Assembly: GCA_041499395.1 (NCBI GenBank)
Contig: JBGQKH010000001.1
Coordinates: 1-56,926, forward strand
Length of the DNA stretch: 56,926 bases
Source of the DNA: Candidatus Limnocylindria bacterium
Lineage (GTDB): Bacteria; Chloroflexota; Limnocylindria; QHBO01
Direction of reading: 5' to 3'
The number at the start of each line of letters is the position of its first letter. Position 1 is the first letter of the stretch. The position numbers and the translations under genes are program-made. The notes under the pieces were generated by a model. That model was not told the DNA's origin. It saw nothing but the letters and a program-made list of their open reading frames with translations, and did no database searches. Positions 20,134 through 29,864 of this stretch are shown here, piece after piece.

Positions 20134-22743
20134 TCAGGACTCGCTTGCGCCCGCCTTGGCCATGTGCCGCTCCATCGCCGCCCTGCGGCTCAGGTTGACG
20201 CGGCCCATCCGATCGATCTCGGTCACCACCACCATCAGCTCATCGCCGACGGCGACGACGTCCTCCACCTGCGCGACCCGGTAGTCGGCGAGCTGGCTGA
20301 TGTGCACCAGCCCCTCCTTGCCGGGCATGATCTCGACGAAGGCGCCGAAGTTCATGATCCGGGTCACCTTGCCGAGGTACTCCTTGCCGACCTCGACATC
20401 CTTGGTCAGCCCCTCGATCCAGCGGATCGCCTTCTGCGCATTCTCCTGCGAGACCGACGCGATCTGGATCGTGCCGTCGTCCTCGACGTTGATCTGCGTG
20501 CCCGTCTCGGCGACGATCTGACGGATCACCTTGCCACCGGAGCCGATCACGTCGCGGATCTTGTCGATCGGGATCTTGATGGTCGTGATCCGCGGCGCAT
20601 ACGGCGAGAGCTCGCTGCGGCTGGCGCTGATGACCGCGTTCATCTTGTCGAGGATGAAGAGCCGCGCCACGCGCGCCTGCTCCAGCGCGTCGCGCATCAC
20701 CTGCATGGGGATGCCGCCAACCTTGATGTCCATCTGCAGCGCCGTCACGCCCTCCGCGGTGCCGGCGACCTTGAAGTCCATGTCGCCATAGGCGTCTTCC
20801 TTGCCGCTGATGTCGGTCAGGACGGCGTGGCGGCCCGTGGCGGTGTCAGAGATCAGTCCCATCGCCGCGCCGGCGACGTGCGACTTGATCGGCACGCCCG
20901 CATCCATCAGCGCGAGCGAGGAGCCGCAGGTGCTGGCCATGGAGGTCGAGCCGTTGCTGCTCACCACCTCGCTCACCACGCGGATCGCGTAGGGGAACTC
21001 CTCCGCCGACGGCAGGACGGGCAGCAGGGCGCGCTCGGCGAGCGCACCGTGGCCGATCTCGCGCCGACCGGGGCCGCGCATCGGGCGCGCCTCGCCGACC
21101 GAGTAGGGCGGGAAGTTGTAGTGGTGCATGTACCGCTTCTCGATCTCCGGTGAGATGGTGTCGAGGCGCTGCACGTCGGAGGACGGGCCGAGCGTCGCGA
21201 TCGAGAGCGCCTGCGTCTGGCCGCGAGTGAAGAGGCCGGAGCCGTGGGTGCGGGGCAGGATCCCGACCTCCACGCTGATCGGCCGGATGGTGGTCGTGTC
21301 GCGCCCGTCGATCCGGATATTCTCGGAGAGGACCAGCTCGCGAGAGGTGGCCTTGGTCAGGACGTCCATGAGCGGGGCGCCGATCCCGTGCAGGCGGCGG
21401 ATCTCCTCCATCGAATCGCCCTGCGCGGCCCGGTTGTAGTCGGCCTTGCTGCGGCGGATCTCGGCCGCGATGTCGGTGCGGATCTTCTCGAGCCGCTCGG
21501 TCAGGCCGGTCGTCAGGTCGATGAAGAGCTCGGCCGTCGCCTCGGCGTCGGGCATCGCCCGGTGCGCCGCGGCGTGGTCGCGCCCGAAGACGAACCGGAC
21601 CAGGTCGCCGAGCTTGTAGCTGCCGGCATCGGGATAGAGCTGATACGCGAGCTCCAGCGTGTCGTACACGGCCGCGGGCTTCCAGCCGGCATCCGGTGGC
21701 ATGTGACGCAGCACGAACGGCAGGTCGAACCCGACGTTGTGGGCCACCACCGGCGCGTCCCCGACCCAGGCGGCGAACTTGGTGAGCACCTCGGCCGCAG
21801 TGGGGGCGTTGGCCACGTCCTCGTCGCTGATGCCGTGGATCTGGTGCCCCACGATCGAGCGACCCGGGTTGACGAGCGACTCGAAGCGGTCGACCACCTT
21901 TCCGCCCTGCACGCGGAGCGCGGCCAGGTCGACGATGTAGCCGTTCTCCGGCTTGATGGCGGTCGTCTCAACGTCGATGACGACGAACTCCGCCTTTCCG
22001 TCAGCGAGCGCCCTGCCCAGCTTGACGACCGAATCGGCCTTGGGGCCGAGGAACGGCGTCTTCTTGGCCTTCCCGGCCGTGGCCGCCAGCTTCTCCTGGA
22101 GGTCGATGCTCTGCTGGAGCTCGCGGTGGGCGTATTCGATGGCGTCGGCCATGACCGACTCGGGCAGGATCTTGGCTCCCGCCTCGACCATCATCACGGC
22201 CTCGCGCGTGCCGGCCACGACCAGGTCGAGCGCGCTGTCGGCGAGCTGCGTGACGGTCGGGTTGGTGACGAAGGCGCCGTTGATGTAGCCGACGCGAACC
22301 GCGCCGACCGGTCCCAGGAACGGGATGCTGCTGATCATCAACGCCGCGGAGGCGCCGTTGATGGCGAGGATGTCGGGGTCGTTCTCCTGGTCGGTCGAGA
22401 GGACCGTCAGCACGATCTGGACGTCCTGCTTGTAGCCCTTGGGGAAGAGCGGGCGGATCGGGCGGTCGGTGAGGCGCATCGCCAGGATGGCGGCCTCCGA
22501 CGGGCGCGACTCACGCTTGATGAAGCCGCCGGGGATCTTGCCCGCGGCGTACATGCGCTCCTCGTAGTCAACCGTGAGGGGGAAGAAGTCGATCCCCTCG
22601 CGCGGCTCGGCGGAGACCGCCGTCGCCAGGAGCACGGTGTCGCCCACGCGGACGAGCACCGCTCCATCGGCCTGCTCGGCGAGCTTGCCCGCCTCGAACG
22701 AGAAGGGCTGTCCGCCGATCTCGGCCTCTACCTTGATAGCCAC
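20134..22743 (-). CDS. pnp: Polyribonucleotide nucleotidyltransferase (PNPase) carrying an inserted DEDDh 3'-5' exonuclease domain
   Basis: PH1 ([14 protein letters not shown]), PH2 (IRIDGRD.., [11 protein letters not shown]), KH ([10 protein letters not shown]) and S1 ([15 protein letters not shown]) are present. GTG 22743 is preferred because GGAGGA sits 5 nt upstream. The ATG at 22773 gives the 879-aa ORF-track protein used for residue numbering in this report. Confidence 0.93.
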   Translation of the reverse strand: MAIKVEAEIGGQPFSFEAGKLAEQADGAVLVRVGDTVLLATAVSAEPREGIDFFPLTVDYEERMYAAGKIPGGFIKRESRPSEAAILAMRLTDRPIRPLFPKGYKQDVQIVLTVLSTDQENDPDILAINGASAALMISSIPFLGPVGAVRVGYINGAFVTNPTVTQLADSALDLVVAGTREAVMMVEAGAKILPESVMADAIEYAHRELQQSIDLQEKLAATAGKAKKTPFLGPKADSVVKLGRALADGKAEFVVIDVETTAIKPENGYIVDLAALRVQGGKVVDRFESLVNPGRSIVGHQIHGISDEDVANAPTAAEVLTKFAAWVGDAPVVAHNVGFDLPFVLRHMPPDAGWKPAAVYDTLELAYQLYPDAGSYKLGDLVRFVFGRDHAAAHRAMPDAEATAELFIDLTTGLTERLEKIRTDIAAEIRRSKADYNRAAQGDSMEEIRRLHGIGAPLMDVLTKATSRELVLSENIRIDGRDTTTIRPISVEVGILPRTHGSGLFTRGQTQALSIATLGPSSDVQRLDTISPEIEKRYMHHYNFPPYSVGEARPMRGPGRREIGHGALAERALLPVLPSAEEFPYAIRVVSEVVSSNGSTSMASTCGSSLALMDAGVPIKSHVAGAAMGLISDTATGRHAVLTDISGKEDAYGDMDFKVAGTAEGVTALQMDIKVGGIPMQVMRDALEQARVARLFILDKMNAVISASRSELSPYAPRITTIKIPIDKIRDVIGSGGKVIRQIVAETGTQINVEDDGTIQIASVSQENAQKAIRWIEGLTKDVEVGKEYLGKVTRIMNFGAFVEIMPGKEGLVHISQLADYRVAQVEDVVAVGDELMVVVTEIDRMGRVNLSRRAAMERHMAKAGASES
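21499..21996 (-). other. In-frame DnaQ/epsilon-like DEDDh exonuclease domain inserted in the PNPase alpha-helical linker
   Basis: Exo [10 protein letters not shown] (D267, E269), Exo [15 protein letters not shown] (D350), Exo [17 protein letters not shown] (H404, D409). Numbering follows the 879-aa ORF. Confidence 0.85.
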
Positions 22744-22963
22744 TGATTCCTCCAGATGTCTTGCTTGTGCCATGCGGCCCGGCGCTCGGCCCGCACTCGA
22801 CCCCTGGCTTCCCCAGGGTGGCGGGCGGCGGCCTGTGCGGGCACGGATGGCGGGTGTTGGGCGGGCGCCTCAGGCGCCCGATGGTCCGGCATGGTTCCCT
22901 GGCCGGATCTGCGCGACCCCGAGCCGGTGCGGCTCGCGGGTCGTCTGCACGACGTGTGCGTGG
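22744..22963 (-). promoter_or_regulatory. Structured rpsO-pnp intergenic leader (several GC hairpins)
   Basis: Minus strand carries GTCGT-GCAG-ACGAC, GAGCCG-CAC-CGGCTC, GGGCGCC-TGA-GGCGCCC (22862-22880) and CCCTGG-GGAAG-CCAGGG. It occupies the position of the E. coli rpsO terminator and pnp autoregulatory hairpin. Confidence 0.4.
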
Positions 22964-23233
22964 TTAGCGGCGCAGTCCCAGCCGACCGATCACCGCGCGG
23001 TAGCGATCCACGTCATTTCGGACGAGGTAGGCCAGCAGCCTTCGGCGCTGACCGACGAGCTTGAGCAGCCCGCGACGCGAGTGGTTGTCGTTCTGGTAGG
23101 TGCGCAGATGCTCCGTGAGCGACTTGATCCGCTCGGTGAGGAGCGCAATCTGGACCTCGGGGGAGCCGGTGTCGCCATCGTGCGTGGCGTAGTCGTCGAT
23201 GATTGCGCTCTTCGTGTCTCCGGCGAGCGGCAC
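22964..23233 (-). CDS. rpsO: 30S ribosomal protein S15
   Basis: [47 protein letters not shown] 23233 gives the usual 89 aa, with GGAGGA upstream. The ORF-track start at 23257 would add 8 residues. Confidence 0.9.
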   Translation of the reverse strand: MPLAGDTKSAIIDDYATHDGDTGSPEVQIALLTERIKSLTEHLRTYQNDNHSRRGLLKLVGQRRRLLAYLVRNDVDRYRAVIGRLGLRR

Positions 23234-23257
23234 GTATTCCTCCACTCTTCTTTCCAC

Positions 23258-23266
23258 TATTCGCTC
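23258..23266 (-). promoter_or_regulatory. Putative extended -10 (TGGTACGAT) for rpsO
   Basis: AT-rich element in the ribF-rpsO spacer, about 25 nt upstream of the rpsO start. Confidence 0.35.
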
Positions 23267-23301
23267 GCATCGTACCAGACCGATGTCGAAGCCGCCTCCG
23301 A

Positions 23302-24246
23302 TCAGGCGATCCCGAGCACGGCGCGGCCCATCGCGGCGTCGCGGCGCATCTGGGCGACCAGCGACTCCACGTTGTCGAAGCGCAGCTCGTCCCGCAGTCG
23401 CGCAACCAGCTCGACCCCGAGCGGCTCGCCGTATAGGTCGCCGTCCCAGTCGAGGAGATGGACCTCCACCAGGAGGTCGCCGTGCGGGTGGAAGGTCGGC
23501 CGCGTGCCGACGCTGATGAGCGACGGCTGGCCATCTGGCACGCCTCGCGCGGACGGGGTCACCCGGCCGGCGTAGATCCCCTGAGACGGCATTGCCGGCG
23601 CGTAGTCGAAGCGCAGGTTGGCCGTGGGAAAGCCGAGCTCCCGCCCGCGCCGGTCCCCACTCACGACGGTGCCGACGACGTAGGGTGCCGCGCCGAGCCT
23701 GAGCGCGAGGGCTGGATCGCCGGCGCCGATGGCCGCCCGGATGCGGGTCGAGGAGACGGCCTCGCCGTCGACCTCCACAGGCTCCACCACGACCACTTGG
23801 AAGCCTGAGCGCGCACCGAGCTGCTCCATCTGCTCCGCGGTCCCCTCGCGGTTCCGCCCGAACGCACTGCGCCGAGACATCACCAGGCCCCGCAGCGAGA
23901 TGGCGGGAGCGAGGGCATCGAGGAACGACTCCGCGCGCAGCTGTCGCAGGTGGTCGTCGAAGCGGACCGGGAGGACGCTGTCGATCCCCAGCCCCTCGAT
24001 CCGTGACATGTTGACCGCCAGCGGCGCGAGTCGCGGGAGAAGGGTTCCGGGTCGCAGCAGCTCGTCGGGCGGTGGGTCGAAGACGAGCGCGACGCTTCGG
24101 ACCCCGTTCGCGGCGGCCGCGGTCCGCGTCGCGGCGAGGATCGTCCGATGACCGAGGTGCACGCCGTCGAAGACGCCCAGCGTCACGACCGCGGGACCGA
24201 TCGGCGGCAGCTCGGACAGCGGCAGTGCCTCGCGTTCAACGCTCAT
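23302..24246 (-). CDS. ribF: Bifunctional riboflavin kinase / FMN adenylyltransferase
   Basis: [26 protein letters not shown]. Confidence 0.92.
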   Translation of the reverse strand: MSVEREALPLSELPPIGPAVVTLGVFDGVHLGHRTILAATRTAAAANGVRSVALVFDPPPDELLRPGTLLPRLAPLAVNMSRIEGLGIDSVLPVRFDDHLRQLRAESFLDALAPAISLRGLVMSRRSAFGRNREGTAEQMEQLGARSGFQVVVVEPVEVDGEAVSSTRIRAAIGAGDPALALRLGAAPYVVGTVVSGDRRGRELGFPTANLRFDYAPAMPSQGIYAGRVTPSARGVPDGQPSLISVGTRPTFHPHGDLLVEVHLLDWDGDLYGEPLGVELVARLRDELRFDNVESLVAQMRRDAAMGRAVLGIA

Positions 24247-25130
24247 ACCGAATCCAGCACGGGGATGACCGTGCGCGGCTCGAGCAGCCCATTGCTCAGG
24301 AGGCCGATCCCCAGCAGCTCCCCGTCGGCGTAGACCGCGTGTCGCCCGTTGGGGTGATCTCCATGCACCTGGACCGCGGACCCATGCGTGAACCTGCCGG
24401 CCGCATCGGCGTCGAGAGGCAGTGGCGGGAGTCGGAGCAGCGACGCGACCGGGAGGATCACCTCCTCGACGCGTCCCGCGCGGGCCAGCTCCTCGAGCCG
24501 CTCCGGCGTCACGCCGTCCGCGACCCGCAGCCCGGCTGCCTCGGTGCGTCGCAGCGCATGGAGGTGTCCGCCGCAGCCCAGGAGCTCCCCAAGGTCGCGC
24601 GCGATCGACCGGATGTAGGTTCCTGGACCGCAGCGGATCTCGCAGCGCACGTCGAGCCAGCCCTCGCCGCGCTCGATGCCGAGGAGGTCGATCGCGTGGA
24701 CCGTGACCCGTCGTGGCGCCGCCTCGACCGGGGCCCCGGCGCGCGCAGCGCGATGGGCAACCCGTCCGTCGACCTTTCGAGCCGAGAAGGCGGGGGGTCG
24801 CTGCTCGAAGGTCCCCACGAATGAGCCCAGAGCCCGACCCGCCGCCGCCGGGTCCGGCGGGGCCGACCCCACTTCTAGCGGCCCCTGCGCATCGTCGGTT
24901 GCGGAGCGGAGCCCGAGGCGGATCACCGCCTCGTAGCCCTTTGGACCGCCGGTCAGGTCGTCGCTGAATCGGGTGGCAGCCCCCACGAGGATCGGCAGCA
25001 CGCCCGAGGCCAGCGGGTCGAGGGTGCCAGCGTGCCCGATCCGTCGCATTCCGGTCAGGCGGCGGACCAGGTCGACCATGTCATGCGACGTCGGCCCGAC
25101 CGGCTTGTCGAGGTTAACGACCCCGAGCAT
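24243..25130 (-). CDS. truB: tRNA pseudouridine(55) synthase
   Basis: GVVNLDKPVGPTSHD, GHAGTLDPLASGVLP. Confidence 0.92.
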   Translation of the reverse strand: MLGVVNLDKPVGPTSHDMVDLVRRLTGMRRIGHAGTLDPLASGVLPILVGAATRFSDDLTGGPKGYEAVIRLGLRSATDDAQGPLEVGSAPPDPAAAGRALGSFVGTFEQRPPAFSARKVDGRVAHRAARAGAPVEAAPRRVTVHAIDLLGIERGEGWLDVRCEIRCGPGTYIRSIARDLGELLGCGGHLHALRRTEAAGLRVADGVTPERLEELARAGRVEEVILPVASLLRLPPLPLDADAAGRFTHGSAVQVHGDHPNGRHAVYADGELLGIGLLSNGLLEPRTVIPVLDSV

Positions 25131-26091
25131 CGCCGCGGATCAGCTCACGTTCAGCCTCGGCCAGCAGCATGACGCGGGCCTCAGGCAGCGGCCGGTCGAT
25201 GGTGCAGCCCGCGGCGCGTGGATGCCCTCCCCCGCCGAACGCCGCGCAGATGGCGACCGCATCGGCCCGAGCGCTCGTGCGCACGCTGATCCGGGTCTCG
25301 CTCGGGCCGACCTCCTTGAAGAGGGCGTTGATGTCGGCGCTCCGCGTCGAGCCGAGGAGATCGACGAAACCCTCCGACGCGGTCGGCTGCTCCCCCGTCT
25401 TCGCGAGCATGGCGGCGGTCATCGCAGCGTGGACGATCCGTCCGTCCGCGACCTGCTCGACGCCGGCCAGCATCAGGCCCCAAAGGGCCAGCGTGCTGAA
25501 CGGCTTGTCCGCGTAGATCGCGCGGGTCACGGCCGCAAGCGGTGCTCCCGCCTCGATCAGCGCGGCTGCCACGCGCAGCGTCTGGGCAGTGGCGTTCGGG
25601 TGGGCGAACGCGTGCGTGTCCTGCACGATGCCGGCCATCAGCGCCGTGGCGAGGGTTGCGTCGAGCGCAACGCCGAGCTCGGGGAGGAGCAGCGCCACCA
25701 TCTCGCACGTTGCGGCCGCCGCCGGATCGATCCAGACCGCCGAGCCAAAGCCCGGGTTGGTGACGTGATGGTCGACGTTCACGATCCGCGCTCGCGCGAA
25801 CCAATCGGCGCGCTCGGTGACGACCGAGCCGATCCGACTCAGCTCCCCCGCGTCGACCACCACCGCGACGTCAGGCTCGAGGCGCGGCGCGCGTCGCACC
25901 CGCTCGACGCCGGGCAGGAACGTGAGGAACGGGGGCACCGGGTCGCCGCTGACCACCTCGGCCTGCTTTCCAAGGCGCTCCGCGGCGATCGCGATCGCGA
26001 TCGCGGCGCCGAGCGTGTCGCCGTCGGGGTTCTCGTGGCAGAACGTCGAGACCCGATCGGCTCCGCGCAGGACTTCGGCGACCTCGAGCAC
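25114..26091 (-). CDS. nrnA: DHH-family oligoribonuclease / pAp phosphatase NrnA
   Basis: CHENPDGDTLG, NVDHHVTN, DHHA1 GGGH motif (FGGGGHPRAAG). Confidence 0.85.
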   Translation of the reverse strand: MLEVAEVLRGADRVSTFCHENPDGDTLGAAIAIAIAAERLGKQAEVVSGDPVPPFLTFLPGVERVRRAPRLEPDVAVVVDAGELSRIGSVVTERADWFARARIVNVDHHVTNPGFGSAVWIDPAAAATCEMVALLLPELGVALDATLATALMAGIVQDTHAFAHPNATAQTLRVAAALIEAGAPLAAVTRAIYADKPFSTLALWGLMLAGVEQVADGRIVHAAMTAAMLAKTGEQPTASEGFVDLLGSTRSADINALFKEVGPSETRISVRTSARADAVAICAAFGGGGHPRAAGCTIDRPLPEARVMLLAEAERELIRGDARGR

Positions 26092-26442
26092 CTATCGGCC
26101 CTCCGTCTCGTCCAGCTCGTTGAGGATCCTGAGCACGCGATCACCCGACGCGATTGAGTCGTCGAGGCGAAGGGTCAGCTCCGGCACGTGCCGCAGGGTC
26201 AGGCGCTCTCCCAGCCGCCGTCGGAGCCACGGGGTTGCGACCTTCAGGGCCTCCATCGTGCGGTCGCGCTCGGCATCGGTCCCGAGGACGCTCACCCAGA
26301 CCCGTGCGTGGCCGAGGTCGCGAGCCGTCTCGACGCGCGTGATCGTCGCGAAGCCAAGACGCGGGTCCTTCATCTCGCGCTGGAGCAGGTCCATCAGCTC
26401 CTGGCGGATCTGGCTATCGAGGCGATCCGTGCGCTGGCTCAT
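26092..26442 (-). CDS. rbfA: Ribosome-binding factor A
   Basis: RLDSQIRQELMDLLQREMKDPRLGFATITRVETARDLGHARVWVSV. Start at ATG 26442; the upstream ORF extension overlaps infB. Confidence 0.9.
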   Translation of the reverse strand: MSQRTDRLDSQIRQELMDLLQREMKDPRLGFATITRVETARDLGHARVWVSVLGTDAERDRTMEALKVATPWLRRRLGERLTLRHVPELTLRLDDSIASGDRVLRILNELDETEGR

Positions 26443-26452
26443 GCCCGGCCGG

Positions 26453-28363
26453 TCACGCCTGCTCGGCCACCATCTGGTAGCACTCCACCAGGTCGCCCTC
26501 GGCGATCTCGACGCTGCCGAGCCCGATGCCGCACTCGAAGCCCATGGCCACCTCGCGGACGTCGTCCTTGAACCGTTTGAGGGACTCGACTCGCCCCTCC
26601 GCCACCACCTTGCCACCCCGGAAGAGGCGAATCGGCGCAGCGCGGACGATGCGGCCGTCGACGACGTACGAGCCGGCCACGTTGCCGGCCTTGCCGGCCT
26701 TGATCACCATGCGCACCTCGGCATGCCCCTCGACGTGCTCGACCAGCTTGGGAGCGAGCATGCCGCGGAGGGCGGCGCCGAGGTCATCGGTCAGCTTGTA
26801 GATGACGTCATAGAGGCGCACGTCGACCCCCGACGCGTCCACCGAGCGCTGCGCGCCGGGGTCGAGCTTTGTGTTGAAGCCGATGACGACCGCCTCGGAG
26901 GCGCTCGCCAGCTGGACGTCGGACTCGTTGATGTCCCCGGCACCCTCGCTCACGATGTTGACCCGTACCTCGGGGGTGTTGAGCCGTTCGAGGGCATGGC
27001 GGATGGCTCCGAGCGACCCCTGCACGTCGGTCTTGAGGACGACGCGCAGCTCCTTCACCTCCGAGGCCTGGATCTGGGCGCTGATGTCCTCGAGGGTGAA
27101 CGCGGTCTTGCCATCACCGGAGGTCGCGGCCCGCTCGACCGCCTCGGCCATCTCGCGCGCGGCCTTCTCGTCGGCCACGACGCGAAGGATGTCACCGGCC
27201 TCGGGAAGGTCGGCGAGGCCAATGATCTCGACCGCGGTCGCCGGCTCCGCGGCCTTGACCCGCTTGCCTGCGGCGTTCTGGAGCGCCCGGACGCGACCGT
27301 GGGTGCGCCCGACCGAGACGACGTCGCCGATCTTCAGCGTGCCGGTCTGGACGAGCACGGTCGCGACGTTGCCCCGCCCCTTGGCGACCTTCGACTCGAT
27401 GATGGTCCCGATGGCGGGCCGCTTCGGATTCGCCTTCAGGTCCTGGAGGTCGGCAACCAGGAGGATCATCTCCATCAGGTCGTCGAGGCCGATCTTCTGC
27501 TTGGCTGAGACCGGCACCGCGATCACGTCGCCGCCGAACTCCTCGATCAGGACCTTGTTGTCGGCAAGCTCCTGCTTCACGCGGTCGGGATTCGCCCCCG
27601 CCTTGTCGATCTTGTTGATCGCCACGATCATCGGCACCCGGGCCGCGCGGACGTGGTCGATCGCCTCCTTGGTCTGCGGCATCACCCCGTCGTCGGCAGC
27701 CACCACGATGATCGCGATATCGGTCACCTGGGCGCCGCGGGCGCGCATGGCCGTGAAGGCCTCGTGGCCGGGCGTGTCGAGGAAGACGATCCGCTTGCCG
27801 TTGTGGGAGGCCTCGGACGCCCCGATGTGCTGGGTGATCCCTCCGCGCTCCCCGGCGGCCACGCTCGTGCTGCGGATCGCGTCGAGCAGGCTCGTCTTGC
27901 CGTGATCGACGTGTCCCATGATCGTGACGATCGGCGCGCGCGTCACGAGGTCGGCCTCATCCTCCTCCGTGAAGAGGACCTTCTTGCCGGCGCCCTCACC
28001 CTCGCTCCCGGGAGCCACGATCTCCTGATCGGCGGCTGCGGCGGCTGCGGCGCGCTCCGCGGCGGCCCGCTCGACGGTCTCGATCCCGAGCTCGCCGGCG
28101 ACCAGTGACGCGGTGTCGAAGTCGATCGACTGGTTGATCGTGGCGAAGATCCCGTTGCGGATCAGCTCCTTGATCACGTCCGACGTGGAGACCGTGAGCG
28201 CGGTGGCCAGGTCCTTGACCGCGATCGACGAGGGCAGCTCGACCGGCGCGCCACCGCGCGGCACGACCGTCTGCGTCTCGACGGCCAGCCCGCCATCGGC
28301 GCCGCCGTCCCTCCGACGCTGCGGGCGCGGGCCGCGCCGCGGCTGATACCTACGCGGTGGCAT
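26453..28363 (-). CDS. infB: Translation initiation factor IF-2
   Basis: IMGHVDHGKTSLLD, DTPGHEAF, NKID; the C-terminal IF2 domains follow. Confidence 0.95.
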   Translation of the reverse strand: MPPRRYQPRRGPRPQRRRDGGADGGLAVETQTVVPRGGAPVELPSSIAVKDLATALTVSTSDVIKELIRNGIFATINQSIDFDTASLVAGELGIETVERAAAERAAAAAAADQEIVAPGSEGEGAGKKVLFTEEDEADLVTRAPIVTIMGHVDHGKTSLLDAIRSTSVAAGERGGITQHIGASEASHNGKRIVFLDTPGHEAFTAMRARGAQVTDIAIIVVAADDGVMPQTKEAIDHVRAARVPMIVAINKIDKAGANPDRVKQELADNKVLIEEFGGDVIAVPVSAKQKIGLDDLMEMILLVADLQDLKANPKRPAIGTIIESKVAKGRGNVATVLVQTGTLKIGDVVSVGRTHGRVRALQNAAGKRVKAAEPATAVEIIGLADLPEAGDILRVVADEKAAREMAEAVERAATSGDGKTAFTLEDISAQIQASEVKELRVVLKTDVQGSLGAIRHALERLNTPEVRVNIVSEGAGDINESDVQLASASEAVVIGFNTKLDPGAQRSVDASGVDVRLYDVIYKLTDDLGAALRGMLAPKLVEHVEGHAEVRMVIKAGKAGNVAGSYVVDGRIVRAAPIRLFRGGKVVAEGRVESLKRFKDDVREVAMGFECGIGLGSVEIAEGDLVECYQMVAEQA

Positions 28364-28622
28364 GAGTGACCTCCGCGAGGATCATCTCGGCTTCGACGCG
28401 CCCGCCGAGCGCGCGTTGCACGCCCTCGGCCAGGCGTCCGGGCTCACGGCACGACGCCTGGTCGCACAGGTAGGTGCCTCGGCCGGGCGCCCTGCCGGTC
28501 GGGTCGACCGCGACGGAGCCATCGGCACGCCGCACCAGGCGGCTCATCGAGCGCTTGGGGTGCACCTCCCGGCAGACCGCGCAGGTCCGCAGCGGCTGGT
28601 GGTCAGGCCTCCGCTTCGGCAT
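28350..28622 (-). CDS. ylxR: YlxR-family (DUF448) RNA-binding protein
   Basis: RTCAVCREVHPKRSMSRLV..GRGTYLC. Lies between nusA and infB, as in Bacillus. Confidence 0.8.
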   Translation of the reverse strand: MPKRRPDHQPLRTCAVCREVHPKRSMSRLVRRADGSVAVDPTGRAPGRGTYLCDQASCREPGRLAEGVQRALGGRVEAEMILAEVTHATA

Positions 28623-29736
28623 CGGCCGCTGCCTCCTCGGGGGTGGCGCCGTCGTCCGCAGCGCTGCCATGCGCCGCCGCCGCGGTGGCCACCCCGGCAT
28701 CCGATCGGATGTCGATCCGCCAGCCGGTCAGCTTCGCCGCAAGCCGCGCGTTCTGACCCTCCTTGCCGATCGCCAGGGAGAGCTGGCGCTCCGGGACGAC
28801 CACGTTCGCGATCTTGTGCTCCTCGTCAATGCGGACGTTCAGCACCTCCGCCGGCGAGAGTGCCTCGGCGACGAACTGCGCCGGGTCCTCGTTCCAGAGC
28901 ACGACATCCACCTTCTCGCCGTTCAGCTCCGCCACGATGGCCTGGATCCGCGCACCGCGCTGCCCGACCGCCGCGCCCTTCGCGTCCACCCCAGCCTGGC
29001 GGCTCTCCACCGCGACCTTCGAGCGGCTGCCGGCCTCGCGGGCAATGCCCCGGATCACGACCGTGCCGTTGTAGATCTCGGGGATCTCCATCTCCATCAC
29101 GCGACGGAGGAAGCCACGATGCGTGCGGCTCACGACCAGCACCGGGCCGCGCGTGGTGCGTCGGACTTCCAGCACGTAGACCTTCAGATGCTGCCCGATC
29201 CGGTAATGCTCGCCGGGGAGCTGCTCGCTGACGGCGAGGACCGCTTCCACGCCCTTGCCCATGTCGAGCACGACCGCCTGGTCGGTGGTGCGATGGACCA
29301 CCCCGGTCATGATCTCGCCCTCACGGCTGGCGTACTGACTGTAGACCACGTCCCGCTCGGCCTCGCGCAGGCGCTGGCGGTACACCTGCCCTGCCGTCTG
29401 GGCCGCGATCCGACCGAGCTGGGCCTGGGTCACGTTCTCCGGGACGCGCACCTTGGCTCCCACCCCCGTAGCCGGGTCGATCTTCTGGGCGTCGCCGACC
29501 AGCATCTGGAGCTCGGGATCGGTGACCTCGTCGGGGGTGGCGACCACCTCGTACTCGCGGTAGACACTGATCTGCCCACTCTCTGGATCGACTCGCACGA
29601 CAACGTTCTCGGGCGCGTCGGCGTTGCGGCGGTAGGCGGACTCGATCGCCTGCTCCAGGGTCTCGATCAGGATCTCCTGCGGGACGCCCTTCTCAGCGTT
29701 CAACTGGAGCAAGGCTCCGATGAAGTCTCGGTTCAT
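28603..29736 (-). CDS. nusA: Transcription termination/antitermination factor NusA
   Basis: MNRDFIGALLQLNAEKGV.., S1 domain (GEIMTGVV), two KH domains (AAVGQRGARIQAIV, LAIGKEGQNARLAAKLTGWRIDI). GAGGTG lies 7 nt before ATG 29736. Confidence 0.93.
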   Translation of the reverse strand: MNRDFIGALLQLNAEKGVPQEILIETLEQAIESAYRRNADAPENVVVRVDPESGQISVYREYEVVATPDEVTDPELQMLVGDAQKIDPATGVGAKVRVPENVTQAQLGRIAAQTAGQVYRQRLREAERDVVYSQYASREGEIMTGVVHRTTDQAVVLDMGKGVEAVLAVSEQLPGEHYRIGQHLKVYVLEVRRTTRGPVLVVSRTHRGFLRRVMEMEIPEIYNGTVVIRGIAREAGSRSKVAVESRQAGVDAKGAAVGQRGARIQAIVAELNGEKVDVVLWNEDPAQFVAEALSPAEVLNVRIDEEHKIANVVVPERQLSLAIGKEGQNARLAAKLTGWRIDIRSDAGVATAAAAHGSAADDGATPEEAAADAEAEA

Positions 29737-29760
29737 GTATCCGCACCTCGCCCTTTCGGG

Positions 29761-29799
29761 CAGAAACAAAAACGTGGGACTGGCGAACCGACCCACGTT
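29761..29799 (-). terminator. Intrinsic terminator / attenuator in the nusA leader
   Basis: Minus strand reads AACGTGGG-TC-GG-TTCG-CC-AGT-CCCACGTT followed by TTTTTGTTTCTG. This is an 8-bp stem with an inner GG/CC pair closing a UUCG loop, then a U-tract. Confidence 0.65.
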
Positions 29800-29855
29800 G
29801 CACGCTTTGATCAGTATCGATTTGGTCCGCTCGAACGGTCCGCGAAACCGCCGGG

Positions 29856-29864
29856 AGTATACCA
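29856..29864 (-). promoter_or_regulatory. Putative extended -10 (TGGTATACT) for nusA operon
   Basis: AT-rich element in the rseP-nusA spacer, upstream of the terminator hairpin. Shares GGGGCCGCT..TATACTCC context with the rplS promoter. Confidence 0.45.

Noticed and set aside
20095-22746. 352-aa and 500-aa plus-strand ORFs over pnp
   Set aside because: They are antisense to PNPase. No motifs.
22744-22773. ATG 22773 as pnp start
   Set aside because: The ten extra codons (GCA CAA GCA AGA CAT..) are atypically AT-rich and contain the GGAGGA that serves GTG 22743. It is kept only as the numbering reference for the ORF-track protein.
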